Source of the DNA: Lama glama
Taxonomy: Eukaryota
Length of the DNA stretch: 64,000 nt
Direction of reading: 5' to 3'
Assembly: GCA_028534125.1 (NCBI GenBank)
Contig: CM052818.1
Span: 6,884,001 to 6,948,000 of the forward strand
Every line of letters begins with the position of its first letter. The first letter of the stretch is position 1. The notes beneath the pieces were generated by a model. That model was not told where the DNA came from. It saw only the letters and a list, made by a program, of their open reading frames with translations, and did not search any database. Shown here piece after piece: positions 47,362 to 61,164 of this stretch. Both the position numbers and the translations under genes were made by a program.

Positions 47362-49659
47362 CTGGGCAACAACCCAATGAACCTATGGCTGCCAGGTTCT
47401 TGGCACAAGTTGAAATCTGCCTTCATCATGAAGGCTTACAGAGGTGGTCCCCCGAGGCTGTTGGACTGCTCACTGCTCCCCTCTGGCTATAACAGAATGC
47501 ATTCATGAAACCTGGCCCTTGTGCTTTTGCCTGTCAGACTACAAGAACCTACATGTGGTAATAAGTACTTAGAACACAAAAAGAACATGCTACCAATTAT
47601 TTCCCTTGGCACAGGGTCCTTCCCCGGTCCTGGGCCAAGGGGACAGTGGCTCCCCTGCTCTCAGGGGATAGGAAATAATAATGAACTGTGTGTGTATGGC
47701 CATTCCAAATGCACCATCTCATCTTTTTCCCTCAAAAAAAAAAAAAAAGTCCCAGAGAAATAGTTGGCAGGGCAGGAGTTCCTCATTTTACCATTTTATT
47801 GTGGGGTATAACCTGGATCTGGGAGTTGAGGGCCTGGCTGTGGTCACAGCCAAGGACGTGCCCCTGGCTCTCAGGGCAGAGCAGAGCTCACCCATTAGCA
47901 GCACCGGTGGGCTCTAGAAGCCAGCCTGGAGGGGACGTGCCCAGCCTACCAGGGCAGTCCAGGTTTGCTGAGCAATTTGTATGTTCCAGGTGCTGCACAC
48001 ACCAGCTGGTATTTAATTCTCGCAGCAGCTTTGAGTTAGGTGAGCTGTGTGGCTAGGAGGGCAAGTGTGCTTTAGGAATGCATTGGGAACGACTCTGCAG
48101 GGGAGGTGGGGACTGGGCTGGAGAGCACCAGATACCACGCTAAGGATCTAGCCACCAAGTACACAGGAATTATCAGGGGTTTTAATAAGGCAGTGGCATA
48201 ACTTGACTTGGTTTTTGGAAAGGTCCCTCTGGCTTCAGGATGGACAATGGATTGGAGGGGGCAGGAGTGGAGGCTGAAAGGCATCTGTGAGGTCGCTGTG
48301 GTGGCTGAGTATGAGCAAAGGTAGGCAGGGCTAGTGCTGGGACCTTAGCAAAGGGACATGGCTCCCAGGTCTGGAGTGGGCAGCAGCATGGAAGAGCACT
48401 GCAGAAGGGAGCCAGGTAGGAGGCAGCAGTCAGATAAGGAGGAAGGAACCACGGACAAAGAGGTCTTGCTTAGGCTCAGCCACCAACTAGCCTTGGGACT
48501 GTGGGCAAGTCACAGCATCCCTTTGGGACTCAGTTTCCACTTCTGTAAAATGATTGGGCTGGACATAGCCTCTCCCACTGCAGGGCCTCTGTGTCCTTTG
48601 TACCACGGCTGAGTGCCTGGCACTGCCAAGAGCATCAGAAAGACTGCCAAGGTGGCAGGGAGTGGTGGGCACCCAGGAGCCAGTTGGCATCCCAGCAAGC
48701 AGAACAGCAATGCTGAGGCAAAGGGCAAGCAAGCCCAGCCAGGCTTGCCTGTGTGGACAGACCGCTGAAGTCACCACGGCAGGGCTCCAGCCGGGCGAGG
48801 GCAGGGCCAGGCCAAGAACCACATCCTCTCTTTACATAATGATCTTCACGGCAATTTGTTTCCCCAGTTGGGCGGTGCCAGGCCTCTGATCGCCAGACCT
48901 CTGATCAAATGGCTTTTGCAATTCCTCACTGTCAAGCTTGAGCTTGGGCTAGACAGCAAGAAAGAGCAAACAGCAAGGTGGCCTTGAGCCCTCTGGTTCA
49001 GCCTCCTTGTGTGTGAAGGGCGGGGCGGATCTTCTAAAGGTTCCTCTTGATCCTGTGGTTCTAGGAGCCTCTGGTTAGAACCCAGTCTTGGAAATCACTG
49101 CAAGCTAGGGGTGCTCCCTGCCTCTGAGCTGAGTGCCTTGGTGTGCTTTTCCAGCGCTGCCTCATGTCATAAATGGGAGAGGCTGTTAGGGCTGCTGGCT
49201 AAACACTCTGCTTGGTAATACATATTTTACACATTTCCAGCTGTATAGCCATGGTGACTTAAATGCTCTGTGCCTGTTTCCTCATGCCTGCCAAGAAAAC
49301 GTGATGGGGCCCGTTGTGGCCCCATTCACTGGGGATGGTAATGCTACCCACTTTGCTTTCAGGAATATTAAGTGAAAAAAAAAAAACCAGTAAAGCCTTT
49401 AGCACAGAGCCAGCACACTTAAGTACTCAATTGCTGACAGCTATGACCATAGTTACACATTTGCTGTCAGTACTTGCTGAGTGCCCAACACCAGGCCAGA
49501 CTATTAGCCTGGCAAGCGCTGGCCCTGCCCTCAGAATTACTGCCTGCAGGGGAGGCAGACAAGTTAACCCATATGCATTAACTGGTACACATGTACTCTG
49601 CCAGGGAAGCGGCGGGTGCTGCAGGAGCGCATAGGAGCAACACCTGGCCCAGAGCTGAC

Positions 49660-50615
49660 ATTCCCAAACCCCAGCAGCCTCCCTCCCGCTGTCTGGAATG
49701 CTCTTCCCTAGCTGGTAAGATCATCCCCCAAATACAGGCATGACTTATTCCCTCACTGACTCAGGACTCTGCTCAAATGTTACCTTCTGCCAAGAAGCCT
49801 TCCCTGATCTCTGCAGTGCCAGCTGGTGCCTGCCAAAGCCCGCGACCCCGTTCCTGGGCTCTCAGGTGTCCATCTGCAATCCCTCAAAAAAATAAAGTAC
49901 ACCCTTTCCTAACGTGTTTGCCTGAGCAGAATGAACAGCCCTGGGAAATGGCTAGTCTCACCGCAGCTCAGGCTGACTTGTCTCAGGCCACGTCTCCTCC
50001 TTATTGGAATCATAAATTCTCCCACCTTGCTTGTGTCAGCCCACGTCTCCATCTTACTGGAGTCATAAATCCACCATCCTCTCATATACCAAAGCCCCTT
50101 ACCTCACTTATAGCCAATCAGAAGGCTGTTCCACCATCCCTTTGCGTTCACAGCCCCTCCCCCAATAACAGAACCTGCATGTTCAGCCCGGCGAACGCGC
50201 AGGCATCTCTTGTCTGTGTGGCCCGCTGCTGCCTGTAGCAGCAAATCTACTAAACCTTCCTTTGTTCTTAAACTTTCCCGTCCTTAGCAAATTCTTCTTA
50301 CCAACCCTCATCACCAGCCCGCTGCCAAGTGTCCTCCAATAATCTTTCTGCCTGAAATAATCCCATCCACCCCACCCTCTTCATTATTCTATACCCTTAT
50401 CCTGCTTTATTTTCCTTACAATACTTATAACCTCCACCATTATACTATGGATCTGCTTCAGAAAATATGTTTATTGCCCATTTACGGACTATAAAGTGAG
50501 CTTGATGAGAGCAGGGACTTGATCTATCCTCTCCTTATTCCTTACTGCATCCCCTGGGTGTGGAACAATGTCTGGGCTACAGTGAGCCATTGATGAATGT
50601 CTCTGATGAATGAAG
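49660..50615 (+). mobile_element. L2 3' end interrupted by a ~530-bp insertion
   Basis: 'ctctgctcaaatgttaccttc...agccttccctgat' lies left of the insert. 'ctgctttattttcctt...gagagcagggact...gatgaatgaa' lies right of it. Confidence 0.7.
49812..50341 (+). mobile_element. Probable ERV1-class solo LTR inserted into L2
   Basis: Starts with TG and has an internal 35-bp direct repeat, CCAAT at 50114, an 'actaaa' poly(A)-like signal and U5-like 'aaattcttcttacc'. Flanks are atctc and atctt. Confidence 0.55.
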
Positions 50616-51330
50616 TGACCTCTAAGCTGGATCCTGAAGGATGAAGAGGGGTTGGCCAAGAAAGGATCAGGGAGGGAAGAGAAGATCTCCCAGATGGAGG
50701 GAACAGCATGTGCAAAGGCCAGGGTGGAGAGCAGAACACTGCAGCAAGTAACTCAGCACTGCAAGTGTGTTAGTTCAGGTCCTCTGAGAAGCAGGAGCCA
50801 AGACAGGATTAGACATGCAAGAGGTTGATTGGGAGAAAATTCCTGTGAAGGATAAAGGGTAAGGAGCAGGAGGAGGCAGGGGGACCTTTCAAACTGTGAT
50901 GCAGGTCTGCACTGGTCAAAGGAGCTGGGAAAAGGAGGCGGGTTGGAGGAAGAGTCTCAGACTGCAGTACAGTTTAGGAAAGCTGGAGCAGCAACAGATC
51001 TCAGTGGTGTGATTCCACAACTGCCCAACAAGCAGAGAGGGCGAGGGAGGAAGCAGGAGGGGTGAGTCTGGAGAAGCAAGCAGAGGCCAGATCCCAAAGG
51101 GTCCCCCAGACCCTATCAAAAGGTTGGGCTTTATCCTGAGGGTAGCGGGGACAACACAGTATGGTTTTGCACAGGGAGAGTAGAATGCCTGGATTTGCAT
51201 GTCAGAAGGGTCACTTTGGCCACAGTGTGGAAGGCGGAAATCACACCCTGTTAGATGTCCAGAGCAGCAGTCCAGCCAGGCTCTTAGGGGATCAAAGCAT
51301 AGTGACCATTTTTTCTCCATCCTCGTTCTG
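50612..51330 (-). mobile_element. L2 fragment with an inserted ERVL-class LTR piece (~50766-51000)
   Basis: L2 'gagggaacagcatgtgcaaaggcc'. LTR16/33-like 'ttagttcaggtcctctgagaagcaggagccaagacagga'. Confidence 0.55.
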
Positions 51331-51943
51331 AAGCACTTTGAGAGACAGACACCTGAGGTTTACTGGCGGAGGTCAGACATCGCCGTGATTTCAGATGAAG
51401 CTGTTGGAGAACGTGCCTTGGCCATGTGGACCGAATAGCTTCCCTAGCACTCCCTGCCCAAGCGTGTTCTCCAGGCTCAGCCTTGAGACAGCCCAGCCAG
51501 GCATCAGCTTGGGTCTCCTCTGCAGAATCACTGCCTCACTCTGGTCCACGGTGTGGACAGAGGGAAAGAAGAGGCTGAACTCCTCTCACTGTGATCAGTC
51601 TTTTCACTGTTTAGCTCCACTCAACAGGGAAACATGGACGCCTATCCCACAAGCAGGGGGTAATGGGGTGGGGGGCCAGAGGTGTTCGTCTTAGAAGCAT
51701 GAGGACAGGAAATCAGCGTTCCTCCCTATCACAGGTGGTGGCCTGGCCAGGGTAGTGGTGTTAAACTGGAGAGAAGAGGACAGAGAGGTGACAGAACTTA
51801 GTAACTGAGTGGACAGTGGGGTCAGGAGTGACGGTTCTGTGTGCTCAAAGGAGGGTCAAGGATGAGGCCCAGGGTTTGGACTGGCAGGGGAATGGTAGGG
51901 TCATTCAGTTCCACTTCCAGCCCACTTCTAGCCTATAAGCTAC

Positions 51944-52440
51944 CATGGTGAATAATTTTATGTGTCAACTTGACTGGGTCAGGGTGTGCCCAGTTGTTTG
52001 GTCAAATGTTATTCTGGGTATGTCTGTGAGGGTGTTTTTGGCTGAGATTGACATTTGAACCAGTTGACTGAATAAAGCAGATTGCCCTCCCTAACATGGG
52101 TGGGGCTTGCCCAATTAGTTGAAGGCCTGAACACAACAAAAAGGCTGACCTTCCTATGAATAAGAGGGGAATCTTGTCTGACTGATTGAGCTGAGACATG
52201 GGTCTATTTCTGCCTTTGGACTTCAGCTGAAACATCTTGGGTCTTCTCGGGTCTCAAACCTGATGACTTTCAGACTAGAACTTACCACTGGCCCTCCTGG
52301 GTCTCCAGCTTGCTGACTGCAACTCCTGGGACCTCTCAACCTCCAAAATTGTGTGAGCCAATTCCTTGTAATACATTTCTTTCTACACATATGTATACAT
52401 CCTAATGGTTCTGTTTCTCTGGAGAACACTGACTAATACA
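51944..52440 (+). mobile_element. ERV-L solo LTR (MLT2B-like) with 5-bp TSD
   Basis: 'taattttatgtgtcaacttgactgg' through 'ggttctgtttctctggagaacactgactaataca'. Flanks are gctac and ggtac. Confidence 0.92.
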
Positions 52441-52711
52441 GGTACCTTTGTGAAAACAAAAAAAAGGACCCTCTGGGCAGATGCAGCCATTGCCAAGGTG
52501 AGGGCCTGTGAGTGGAAGAGCTGGATTCCATCTCCCACCCTCCCTCCTGGCTGGGGGCATGGCCCACCCTGCACACACACACACAGTGGCCTGGACACCA
52601 CAGACTGAAATAGGGGACAGAGGGACCAGTGGATGTGATGAGTTTTAAACATGTTGGGTTTGAAGTGTCTGAAGGTCATGTAAGATTGAGAGTCTTTTTG
52701 GTTTCTTTTTT

Positions 52712-52995
52712 GCTTTTTTAAAATTGGGGTGAAACTCACACAACATAAAATTAACCATTTTAAAGTGTACAATTCAGCGGCAGAGTACATTCACAGTGTT
52801 GTGCAACCATCATCTCTGTCTAGTTCCAAACATTTCCATCGCCCACAAAAGGAGTCACTCTCCCCCCGGCCCTTCAGCCCCTGGCATCCACTAATCCACT
52901 TGCTGTTTCTATGGATTCACCTATTTTGGATATTTCATATAAATGGAATCATACATTATGTGACATTTTGTGTCTGGCTTCTTTTGCTTAGCATC
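52712..52995 (-). mobile_element. L1MB-like 3' end
   Basis: 'cataaaattaaccattttaaagtgtacaattcag...catataaatggaatcatac'. Confidence 0.88.
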
Positions 52996-53639
52996 TGTTT
53001 GTTTCTTTTTAAGACTGAGGGGATGATTGGGCCAGTAGGGGTGGAAGATGCTGATAACACAGGAGAGAAAGAGGATCTAACCAACAGAAAGTGACCCCGA
53101 GAATGTGCTGGAAGGGATGGGATGAGAAGGAGCCTGGTATGGACTGCCTTTACACCAGTGGGCAGACAGCGATCTCACAGAGGGAAGGAGAAGAGCTTGG
53201 GGGGAGATGGCACACATGATCATAATTATAGGTTTGGTGGCAGAGGAGGAGATTTCCATCTGATGGTTTCTATCTTCTTTGTGAGGTAGGAGGTTGGCCA
53301 TCTACTGAGAGGCAGAGGAGAGAGGTTGGAGGTTTGAAGAGAATGCAGATGATTGGAAATAGCTGCTATGGAGAAAGGGAAATTTTTTTTCTAGGGAAAT
53401 AAAGGGGGCTTTCCAGGCAATGTTGAGGGACTAGGTGAGGTTGGGGTCAGTGAATTCATAGTGATATTAATCAGTAGTAATACCTGGTTTCATTCACAGA
53501 TCTCAGCAACCTGGACATGAGTGGTGTTTACATGTAACACTTGGAGCTATGACAGCCATACTGTGACCATGAGGACAGAAGTCTAGGAGATAAGCCAATA
53601 CACTAATGTTGGGAGAGCAGAGGATAACTGTATCCTACA

Positions 53640-54222
53640 GTGTATTCTGCACACAGTAATCAGGATGATTCTGTTCATAAGTCAGATCTCATTGCTCCTC
53701 TGCTTAAAGCCCTCAAATGACTTCCTGCTTCCTAGGAATAAATTTCCAAGTTTTTACCTTGGCCCATAAAGCCCCACATGATCTGGCTCCCTGCTGCCCC
53801 TCTGACTTCATCCTTTTACTCACTCTCTCCCTCTGTGCCAGCCCCTGGCATCCTTACTGATCCTTGAATCTTTCCAGCACATTTCAGCCTCAGAGCCTTT
53901 GCCCTGGCTGTTCTGCTTGGCCTGGGATGCTCTCAGCCAAATGCCTGGCTTGTTCCCTCATTTCCTTCAGTTCTGTTTAGCTATCACCCCATCCTTCATC
54001 ACTCTATTATCTTCCTGCTTTATTGTTCTTTGGAGCCCATGTCGGCACCTCACGCTTCAGGGACTTATTTGTTCACTTGTTTACTCACCCACCCACACGA
54101 ACATGCACACACAGGAACATGAGCTTCCTGAGAGCAGCCCTCTGTTCAGTCTGCCATCACCTAGAATAGCGCCTGGCACCTAGTAGATTTTCAACAGCTC
54201 TTTACTGAATGAATGAATGAAC
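53640..54222 (+). mobile_element. L2 3' end
   Basis: 'ctctgcttaaagccctcaaatgacttcc' and terminal 'gcctggcacctagtag...gaatgaatgaatgaa'. Confidence 0.8.
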
Positions 54223-55694
54223 TAAAAGAAAAAGCCGAAGTCCTTGATGATTATTATTTATAATAATAATTGAGTCACTGTACTGACCCTGGAGTCACCA
54301 GGCCCACACTTCTTGTCCCAAGAGAGAGTTGCCAATTGCCATGATGTAGAGGAGAGTGGCCAAGACTCAGTCAGAAGGAACAGGGCACTGGGCCCCAGGG
54401 CAAAGCTCGCCCACTTCACTACAGCCTGGCCTAGCTGGCCAGCCCCAGTCCCACAGAGAAACTGAACCAGGAATCTAGCTCTTAACCCGGGCACCTCACC
54501 TATGCAATGAGCCTTTTACTTGGTTTCAGCCAGAGAGAAGTCTCTCACTCCTTCAACCAGGACAAACTCGGTATTTCCACAACCTCGTCCCAGGTACACC
54601 AGTTACAGATTGGGTTCAGTTGCAAATAACAGGAACCTGGAAAACAGTGGCTTACACAAATTAAGGGTTTAAATTTCCCACCATCACAAGTCTAGACTAG
54701 AGGTATGCAGATCAGGGTGGGTGCAGCAAACCTCCATGTTCTCAATGGCCCTGGCACCTTCTGTCTTTCTGTCCCCCATCCTGAACACGTGGTCCTCAGT
54801 CTCATGCCCCCAAGATAGCTGCACGCCCTCCAACAGGGAGAAGGAGGGGGAAGGGCAATGGATCAAAGCCACCAGCCTGCAGAGCTTTCTCAGAAACACC
54901 ACTCAGTGACTTTAGTTTGCATCTCACTAGGCAGAACTACGTCACAGGTCACCCTAGCTGCAAGACAGTCCACGCACCTGTCAATTCAAACAAAACCAGG
55001 ATTCTGTCACGAGGAAGACGATGAGAACAGATGGTGTGTAAGCTGGTGGTTTTCAAACTGGATTATGCCTCAGGATCACCTGGAGGGCTTGTTAAAACTC
55101 AGATTTTATCCTTCCCCTCCTCCAGCTGATGCTGGTGACCAAGGAGCACACTTTGAGGATAGCTGGCACCCCAGGGCATGGCACTGGGAAATGCGCAAAG
55201 AGGGGTGAGTTCACCCTGACCGGCTTAGTTACAGAGCGGTCGCCAAGTGAATTTCCGGGGATGAGTTCACTGTAGCTGATGTGTGGGCTGGTCTGGCTTT
55301 GTGCTTCCTGCTATCCTCTCACTTGCAATAGCCCACCTGCCTTCCCCTTCAGCCCACATGAGAAACGGACTTCAGAGCCTTGTAGCCAAGCCTGGGTGTG
55401 TTTGCAAGGACTTTCAGGTGAGGAGCCACTGAATCCAACTCCTAGGTACCTGGAGAGGTTAGGCCTGGGCTGCTCCCCACAGACCTTTCCTGAGAGGCCC
55501 CAAGCTGCTCTTTTGACAAGTGGGATCTTCTGGAGAAGTGCTATCTACCTGGTCACTCTTGCCTGCAGAATTCATCACTACCTTTCATTGTCAGCTTCTA
55601 ATAATACGTGCCACGTGAATACCTAAAAGTCCTGCAGCTAGAAAAGCCTCCCACACAGAGTGCCCACCTGTGCTTTGGATCAGGAGGACGTCAT

Positions 55695-56330
55695 TTTTTT
55701 AAATTAGGATAAAATTCACATACCATTCTATTCACCCTTTTAAAGTATGCTGACCAGTAGATTGTGGTATATTCACAGAGTTCTGTAACCATCACCACTA
55801 ATTCACAGAACATTTTCATCACCCCATAAAGAAATTTCATTTACTCCCCAGCCCCTGGCAACCGACTTTGTCTCTATAGATCTGCCTATTCTAGACATTT
55901 CATATAAATGAAATCATACAGTATGTGGTCTTCTATGCCTGGCTGCTTTCACTGAGCATAATGTTTTCAAAGTTTATCCATGTTGTAGCATGTATCAGCA
56001 CTTCATTCCTTTCTTTATGACCAAATAATAACCCGTCGTATGGCTATATGACATTTTGTTTATCCACTCATCAGTTCATGGGCATTTCAGTTGTTTCTAC
56101 TTCCTGGCTATTATGAATAATTCTGCCATACACATACCCAGGAGTGGAACTGCTGGGTGGCACAGTATCTCTATGTTTAACCTATTGAGAAACTGCCTGA
56201 CTGTTTGCCAAAATTACTGCACTATTTTACGTTTGCATAGCAGTGCATGAAGGTTCCAATTTCTCCACATCCTTGCCAACACTTGTTTGTACCTGTCTTT
56301 TTGATTATGGACATTCGAATAGGTGTGAAA
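55695..56330 (-). mobile_element. L1MB-like 3' end
   Basis: 'aaaattcacataccattctattcacccttttaaagt' through 'ttctccacatccttgccaacacttg'. Confidence 0.9.
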
Positions 56331-56920
56331 CCAAGGCCAGATTAAAGTCTTCATTTTTACACAGAAAAATCTAGCCCTGCAAATAAAGAAATCTGTGATC
56401 TGCCCACTGACTAGTAAGCTAGAATTAGAAGAATATTGTTCATGATTTTATCACCACCAAGTGATGGTGTCCCATGCGTGGGATGTGGACTAGCTTGGTC
56501 CCTCTTTGCCACGGGAATAGTCAACCATTGACTCTCATGGTGTTCCTTCCTTAATGTGATGCTTTCAGATGAAAAAGCTCTTGTCTCCTGAGGTGACCCA
56601 GAGGTAGGTCTCTTTGATCATTTTGCATTGTGTGCTTCCTGTCACACCAGGGTTGAATAAAGACCCAGAAAGCCAGGTTGGGAGGAGAGGCTGCCTGAGT
56701 CACAGCCCACGTGCTGCTGCCCCTAGAGCCCAGGCTCCCCTGCAATCTCTAGCCAGCTCTCCCATCGACCAGGCCTCTCTGTGAAAGGTCTGTAGAAGTA
56801 CACACAGCCCTGAGCAGCAAATCAGAGACTGCAGGAAAACACATGCAGTGATGGAAGTAAAACCTGGCAATAACTATATAGATCTGTGTTTCTTAACTTA
56901 AAAAAACTAGGTCTTCTTTA

Positions 56921-58436
56921 CAAGACACTATAAACCTCCTAGAAGAAAACATAGGCAAATCATTCCCTGACATAAATCTCAGCAATGTTCTCCTAGGGCA
57001 ATCTACCCAGGCAATAGAAATAAAAGCAAAAATAAACAAATGGGACCTAATTAAATTATAAGCTTTTGCGCAGCAAACTATAAACAAACAAAAGGAAACC
57101 TATGGAACGGGAGAAAATATTTGCAAACAATGCGACTGACAAGGGCTTAATTTCCAGACTATATAAACAGCTCATACGACTTAATAAGAAAAAACAAACA
57201 ACTCAATCCAAAAATGGTCAGAAGACCTAAAAAAGGAATTCCCCAAAGAAGATGTACAAATGGCCAGTAGACACATGAAAAAATGCTCAATATTGCTAAT
57301 TATCAGAGAAATGCAAATCAAAAACTACAATGAGATATAACCTCACACCAGTCAGAATGGCCAGCATTCAAAAGTCCACAAATGATAAATATTGGAGAGG
57401 GTGTGGAGAAAAGGGAACCCTCCTACATTATTGGTGGGATGCAGTTTGGTGTAGCCATTATGGAAAACAATATGAAGATTCCTTACAAACTAAAAATAGA
57501 CTTACCATATGATACAGCAGTCCCACTCCCAGGCATATATCTGGAGGGAACTCTAATTCAAAAATATACATGCACCCCAATGTTCATAACAGCACTATTT
57601 ACAATATCCAAGACATGGAAGCAAACTAAATGTCCATGGACAGATGATTGGATAAAGAAGTAGTTGTGGGGTGTGTGTATATATATATACACAGCTATAA
57701 AAAAAAGAAGAAAATAATGCCATTTGCAGCAACATGGATGGACATGGTAATTGTCATACTAAATAAAGTAATCCAAAAAGAGAAAGAAAAATACCATATG
57801 ATACCACTTATATGATGAATCTAAAAAATGACACAAATTAACTTATTTACAAAACAGAAACAAAGTCACATAGAAAGCAAACTTATGGTTACCAGAGGGA
57901 AAAGAGGGGAGGGCTAAATAAGAAGTTTGGGATTATTAGATACACATTACTACATAAAAAATAGATAAATAACAATGACCCACTGTATAACACAGGGAAC
58001 TATATTTAATCTCTTGTAGTGAGCTGTAATGGAATAGAATTTGAAAAAATATATATGTATGTATATATATAACTGAATCATCTTGCTTTACACCTGAAAC
58101 TAGCATTGTAAATTGACTGCACTGCAATAAAAAATAAGAATTAAAAAAAAAAAAAGAAACAGACTCATAGACATAGAAAACAAACTTATGGTTACCTGGG
58201 GGGAAGGGGGTAGGAAGGGATAAATTAGGAGTTCAATATTTGCAGATACTACTATATATAAAATAAACAATAAGGTCCTATAGTACAGCAGAGGGAACTA
58301 TATTCAATACTTTGTAATAGCCTACAATGAAAAAGAATATGAAAAAGAATATATATATATGTATGACTGAAGCACTATGCTGTACACCAGAAATTAACAC
58401 AATATTGTAAACCAACTATACTTCAATTAAAAAAAC
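56921..58436 (+). mobile_element. 5'-truncated L1 (ORF2 C-terminal remnant plus 3' UTR) with TSD and two tandem 3' ends
   Basis: ORF remnants [11 protein letters not shown] and CTPMFITALFTISKTWKQ. TSD AAACTAGGTCTTCTTTA (56904-56920) and AAACTATGACTTCTTTA (58437-58453), 15/17 identical. Confidence 0.93.
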
Positions 58437-58769
58437 AAACTATGACTTCTTTAGATTAACATAAAAATCTCAAGGCTACTCCCTGCCCAAGATCCTGATA
58501 CATCGGGAAGCACCTTTCATCTGCAGTTTCCCTTTGCCAAGAATATTTTATTGAATTTTATTTTCTGTACTTTAGTGATAAAAATACATTTTCCAAATAT
58601 AAAATTATGTTATCAAGTTGAATCTTCCTTTAAAAACACCCATGTTTTTGCACATGTTGAAAGTATTCCCCCAGGAGATAGGAACTCTGGCTGAGAATCG
58701 AGGAGGTCCAGCATAGATTCCGGCCAGTGGCTGATTTGGCATATTGATTCAGAGCAAAAATTTGCAGCA

Positions 58770-58990
58770 CAGCAAACATAGGTTTGAATCCAGATGCTGA
58801 TATTCAATAAATGTGTGGCCTAAGGCAACTTCCATAACCTTTCAAGATCTTTTTTTTTTCTTTCAACTATAAATTGGGAACAACAAGTACAGTACTACCT
58901 ACTCCACAGAGGTCACCGGGAGAAACTAGATCAGATAATGCACAGAGAACATTCAGCACCGGGCACACAATGAACATTCAGCAGATGGCA
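58770..58990 (+). mobile_element. MIR SINE (degenerate)
   Basis: 'aggtttgaatccaga...tgtgtggcctaaggcaacttccataacct'. Confidence 0.55.
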
Positions 58991-61164
58991 GCCACATCAT
59001 CACCCGTTGCCCAGCATAGGATATAACCAGTGACCGCATGGAACTGAGAATTTTCACAACGTACTATTTTCATATCTCAATTTCTTTGGGGGTTTCTCTG
59101 CTTCCTCTTTTAAAAAAGACCTCACACCCACCTGCTTTTCTGGAAGAGGGTGATCGGAAACCAAAAAGAGGTTAAGAGGCTTTGCATGAGCTCTTTGAGG
59201 GAAGAAAGCCAAGCCAATAAAATACTATTTCAACTGAGACAGTCACAGAACACTGGAATGGTACATTTGTAGGACTGGAAGGGACCTCAGAGATCTGCAG
59301 CTCTCACCTGACTAATGAAGAAATTGAGACCCAGAGAGGTGAAGATCCCACCTTCTTGGTCCCAGAGCTATCAGTGCAGTTTCTGGGAATGGCGCCTCCT
59401 AAAGTTGTACAGTGCACAACCTGTGCAGCCACGTGGCCCTGCACTTCCTCCTGGCCACAGTGATGGAACAAGGTGATTTGATCGGAGGGCATCTCAGGGC
59501 TTCTGGGGATGTGGGCACAATGACCCCCTTGTTTCCCAACCCCTGGAATAATGAAGCCCAAGAAGCTGCTGGTGCTGTCTCACAGCCATGAGGGGAGAGC
59601 CTGTTGGAGCAGAGAGGTCATCTGGAGGTGAGAGATGGAAGAGGAAATACAGAATCTAGATTTGGTTCAGTCCCTACGATCCAACCATGCCTGAATGTGG
59701 AACTACCCACAGACTGCTTTCCGCTCAATTGTCTGTGTGAGCCAGCTGGTGTCAGATGTCCTGTCACTGTCTTGTTATAATTAACAGAGGAGCTCAAAGT
59801 GTTGTGACTATCTAAGGAGGAAAATTTCAGAACACAAAAGCCTTCCTGGACCGGGCTACGTCAAAGAGGGATCTGAAAGGACAAATGGGATGTAGACATG
59901 CTGGGAAAGGAGAGACAATTCAGCGAAGGAAAAGACCTTGAACAGATACCTGAGACAGGAAAGGAGTGGGGAGTGTCTGGGGAATGATATTAAGTCAATT
60001 TGGCTGGACCATTGGCTACCTGAAGGGAGTAATGGGGATTAGATGGAAGATGTAGGTTCCTATCGGTCTCTGAAGCTTGTTCTTTTGTGTGCAGAAAGCA
60101 AGGAGTGGAACAATCAGAGCTGGGTTTCAGAATGAATTCAGTAAAGTCGAGAGATGAGAATAAAATGAGAGGACTGTTTGGGAGGCTATTTGTAGCTGTC
60201 AAAGCAAGACAGTCCATGGTTTCTGGGGTGCCTTTGTCCCGATCTGCCCAGAACTGAGGGATTTCCCAGGATATGGGACTTCCAGTGCCAAAACCGGGAC
60301 AGAGTTAGGCAAACTGGGATGGTTCATCACCCTAAACCATATAGGAAAAAATTGATAGATTTCACTGAGTAAAAATAACATATGAATAAAAAAATAGGAA
60401 ATAGTCTAAATACATCAAAATTTCAGTCTTTTTCTCCAGAAGAGAACAAACAAAAATCTCTTTGAGACTTCCTGATGCCTATTACCCAACCTTCCTGTGC
60501 CCTGGATATCAGCACCAGAAACCTCACCACCTCTGAATTCCCAAATTCTGACATCCTACTTTAACCCAAATTGCTCACATTTTCAGCACCTGCTTGCCCT
60601 TTCAGAGTCCCCAATATCTTCACTGCTCCTGTTTCTCCCTTCTGTCTTGACCCCCGTCTCTATCCAGCCAAGACCACTTCACCAACCACTCCAACCGACT
60701 CAGTCAATATTATACCTTTTGGTCCTCTGCCCTTGGCAAAACTTTGGACTCTAGGTTAATTTCCATCTAAGGTTTCTGTAGAGTCTTTACACAGAAGGGA
60801 GACATGTAAAGACATCCCCCTTCTATGCAAAGACTCTAGAGAAACCTTAGATGATCGCTCAATGCTCCCCACGGATGCTTCTCTCTGTTCCTCTCCCACT
60901 TCCCCACACAATTCCTCAAGCCCTGCACTACCACCAAACTGGCTGTGTGACCTCGGGCCAGATGTGAGGATTAAGTGTATTAACATGCGTAAAACACGCA
61001 GCACGGTGCCTGGTATGTAATAAGTACCCCATAAGTGTCAAATTTTAAGGACACAGGATGTTGACTGCACACTTAGTTGAATCAGTGGAGCGCAGGTCAC
61101 AGCACTGTGGTGTTTGATAAATCAATCACACGGGGCACCAAATCACTGCACAAAATTTAACTTT

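Noticed and set aside
58947..58983. 12-bp direct repeat GAACATTCAGCA x2
   Set aside because: Only two short units, inside a degenerate MIR. Not an array.
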